Source: Fistulifera solaris (Eukaryota). From it: 64,000 bases of DNA. Positions 62,487-64,000 of this stretch are shown here, in pieces. The notes beneath the pieces are model-generated. The model did no database searches, had not been told where the DNA came from, and saw only the letters and a list, made by a program, of their open reading frames with translations. The number at the start of each line of letters is the position of its first letter. Positions within the stretch are counted from its first letter, which is position 1. The translations under genes were made by a program, and so were the position numbers. Where the stretch lies: NCBI GenBank assembly GCA_030295235.1, contig AP026126.1, positions 248,001 to 312,000 of the forward strand, read 5' to 3'.

Positions 62487-63281
62487 ATGACGGATAGTGG
62501 CCGCACTATTCCTGGCTATTCCGGATCCGGTGAGTCCAAAAAGCGGGTACAATGCTTATTCTCGATGGCATCGATCCGAGTGATCATGTGTCGCATACCA
62601 GTGGCATTTTGTCTCATATGCCCGTTTTTTAGATGACGGCATGACATTGTATTGTAAGGCTGGGCCGGATGGTAAAACGATAGGAGACTGCCCCTTCTGC
62701 CATGCCATCCGGCTCGTTTTAGAAGAATTGCACCTCGCCTATCAACTGATTCCGGCGACTCCGGAAACAAAGCCTTCTTGGCTATTGGATCATTTTGAAG
62801 GGAAAATGCCCGCGCTACGTCACGGGAACTCCTGTTACACCGAAAGTTCCGTGATCATCGACTACCTGCTTGGTCTTTCCCACAACCAACTTTCCCAGGC
62901 CAATAGCAACGAAGCTGCGAATGCGGGCCTTTTCCAGCCATTGCAAAGTACTTAAAACATAGACCCGACAATGACGAGGAAGATAGGACGTTGCGAAGCA
63001 AATTGAAAACTATTTTGCAAAGGATGGATGCGAATTTGGCAGGGACATCATTTTGGAACGGCGAGAGCTTCACGGAAACGGATTGTAAGATTGCACCGCA
63101 ACTGTATCACTTACAATGTGGCGTTGCCGCCTTCCAGAAGGATATCGATTTGGAGGAGTATGCAAATCTCTCTGGGTACATGAAAAATCTTTTTGATCGG
63201 GAATCCTTTCAATCAACTGTGTATCCCGCAGAAACAGTCGTATGGGGATGGTCCAACGCACGGAAGTGCACTGAACACTAA
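62487..63281 (+). CDS. Dehydroascorbate reductase / CLIC-like glutathione S-transferase (intron ~62530-62631; frameshift ~62930; may start at upstream in-frame ATG 62379)
   Basis: KAGPDGKTIGDCPFCH, KPSWLL..EGKMPAL, ESSVI, DCKIAPQLYHL and TVVWGW. Confidence 0.88.
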
Positions 63282-63494
63282 GTTTACGCCATTGATAATC
63301 AAGGACCGCTTTTTCATAGTCATTTCCCCTCCCCTGTTTCTATTGTTCAAAGCAATAAATTTTTTATTATGTGACAATCATCGCCGTTATGAGTCTAGAG
63401 CTTCTGAGCACCCCAAGTAGACCCCTAGCGAAATGATTTGCTTGTTAACAACCTATTGCACGATTACTTTACAACGGTGATAATCACCGCAAAC

Positions 63495-64000
63495 TCACAT
63501 AAACTTTGATTCAAGTAGCCTAACATGTTCCATGTTGCGCAACTTATCCTCTTCGAGCATGGCTATTCTCTCCCTTAGCTTAGTCACTTCCTTTTTGTAA
63601 TTGCAAGCAAGTGCCTTTAAAGATACTTTGCGGGCCTTCTTCTCGTCTTTACATTGCACGCGAGAAACTTTTGCCCGCAATGCGCCAATCATTATCTCTG
63701 ATTCAAAAAGTTGGGTTTTTAAATCGGTGATCGTGTTTATCAAGTCTCTGTTGCTTCTTACTTGATTAGTCACCTGACTGTGCGCCTCATCCAAGCCACT
63801 TGTTCTTTCGTCTAAACAAGACTGAAGCATCTTTACAGTTGCTTCGAGATCATTCAGTTTGTCGGATTTGAGAGCGATTGAAGAAGCGCTGCTTCCAGCT
63901 GTTGTTCCTTCTCCTTGTACTCGAACTCTTTGTTAGCTATATGCGTTTCCATCTGGACCACCTTGCGTTCGAAAAACTGATTTCGTTTTTGAGCTTCCTC
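63495..64000 (-). CDS. C-terminal part of a long coiled-coil protein (partial at window edge)
   Basis: Heptad-rich ORF ending YKKEVTKLRERIAMLEEDKLRNMEHVRLLESKFM*. Coding-like sequence continues upstream. Confidence 0.55.

Noticed and set aside
2270..63281. Calling the frameshifted genes pseudogenes
   Set aside because: Essential genes (ValRS, Rpn11, Mps1, NOT3) are affected, motifs are intact, and the breaks are confined to homopolymers.

Overview
Gene-dense eukaryotic nuclear DNA with short GT-AG introns. It is most likely a diatom: it has a signal-peptide + ASAFAP-type plastid-targeting motif on an S21 ribosomal protein, a silicanin-like N/D/Q-rich membrane protein, and several RXL-motif secretory proteins. 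About 30 protein genes are recognisable. These include the Rpn11 C-terminus, a CRAL-TRIO protein, a 2OG-Fe(II) oxygenase, Mpv17, a ~9 kb multidomain HECT E3 ligase, Mps1 kinase, an MDR oxidoreductase, membralin, LipB, a threonine-synthase-like enzyme, a SIVA-like zinc finger, prolyl-4-hydroxylase, ZW10, ValRS, RecQ, plastid bS21, PP2C, NOT3 and DHAR/GST. One initiator tRNA-Met is present. Many essential genes carry 1-nt frameshifts inside homopolymers, best explained as unpolished long-read errors. The most interesting signals are: a set of RXL-containing secretory/membrane proteins (a three-TM silicanin-like protein, a His/Asp-repeat GPI-type protein hidden by a frameshift, and two divergent paralogues with a shared ectodomain), a SIVA-like protein with a PIP-like box, a long intronic hairpin, and recurrent GGTAC/GTACC clusters in promoter regions. 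No CRISPR array, rRNA or intact transposon was seen. All family assignments come from motif recognition by eye, with no database search.
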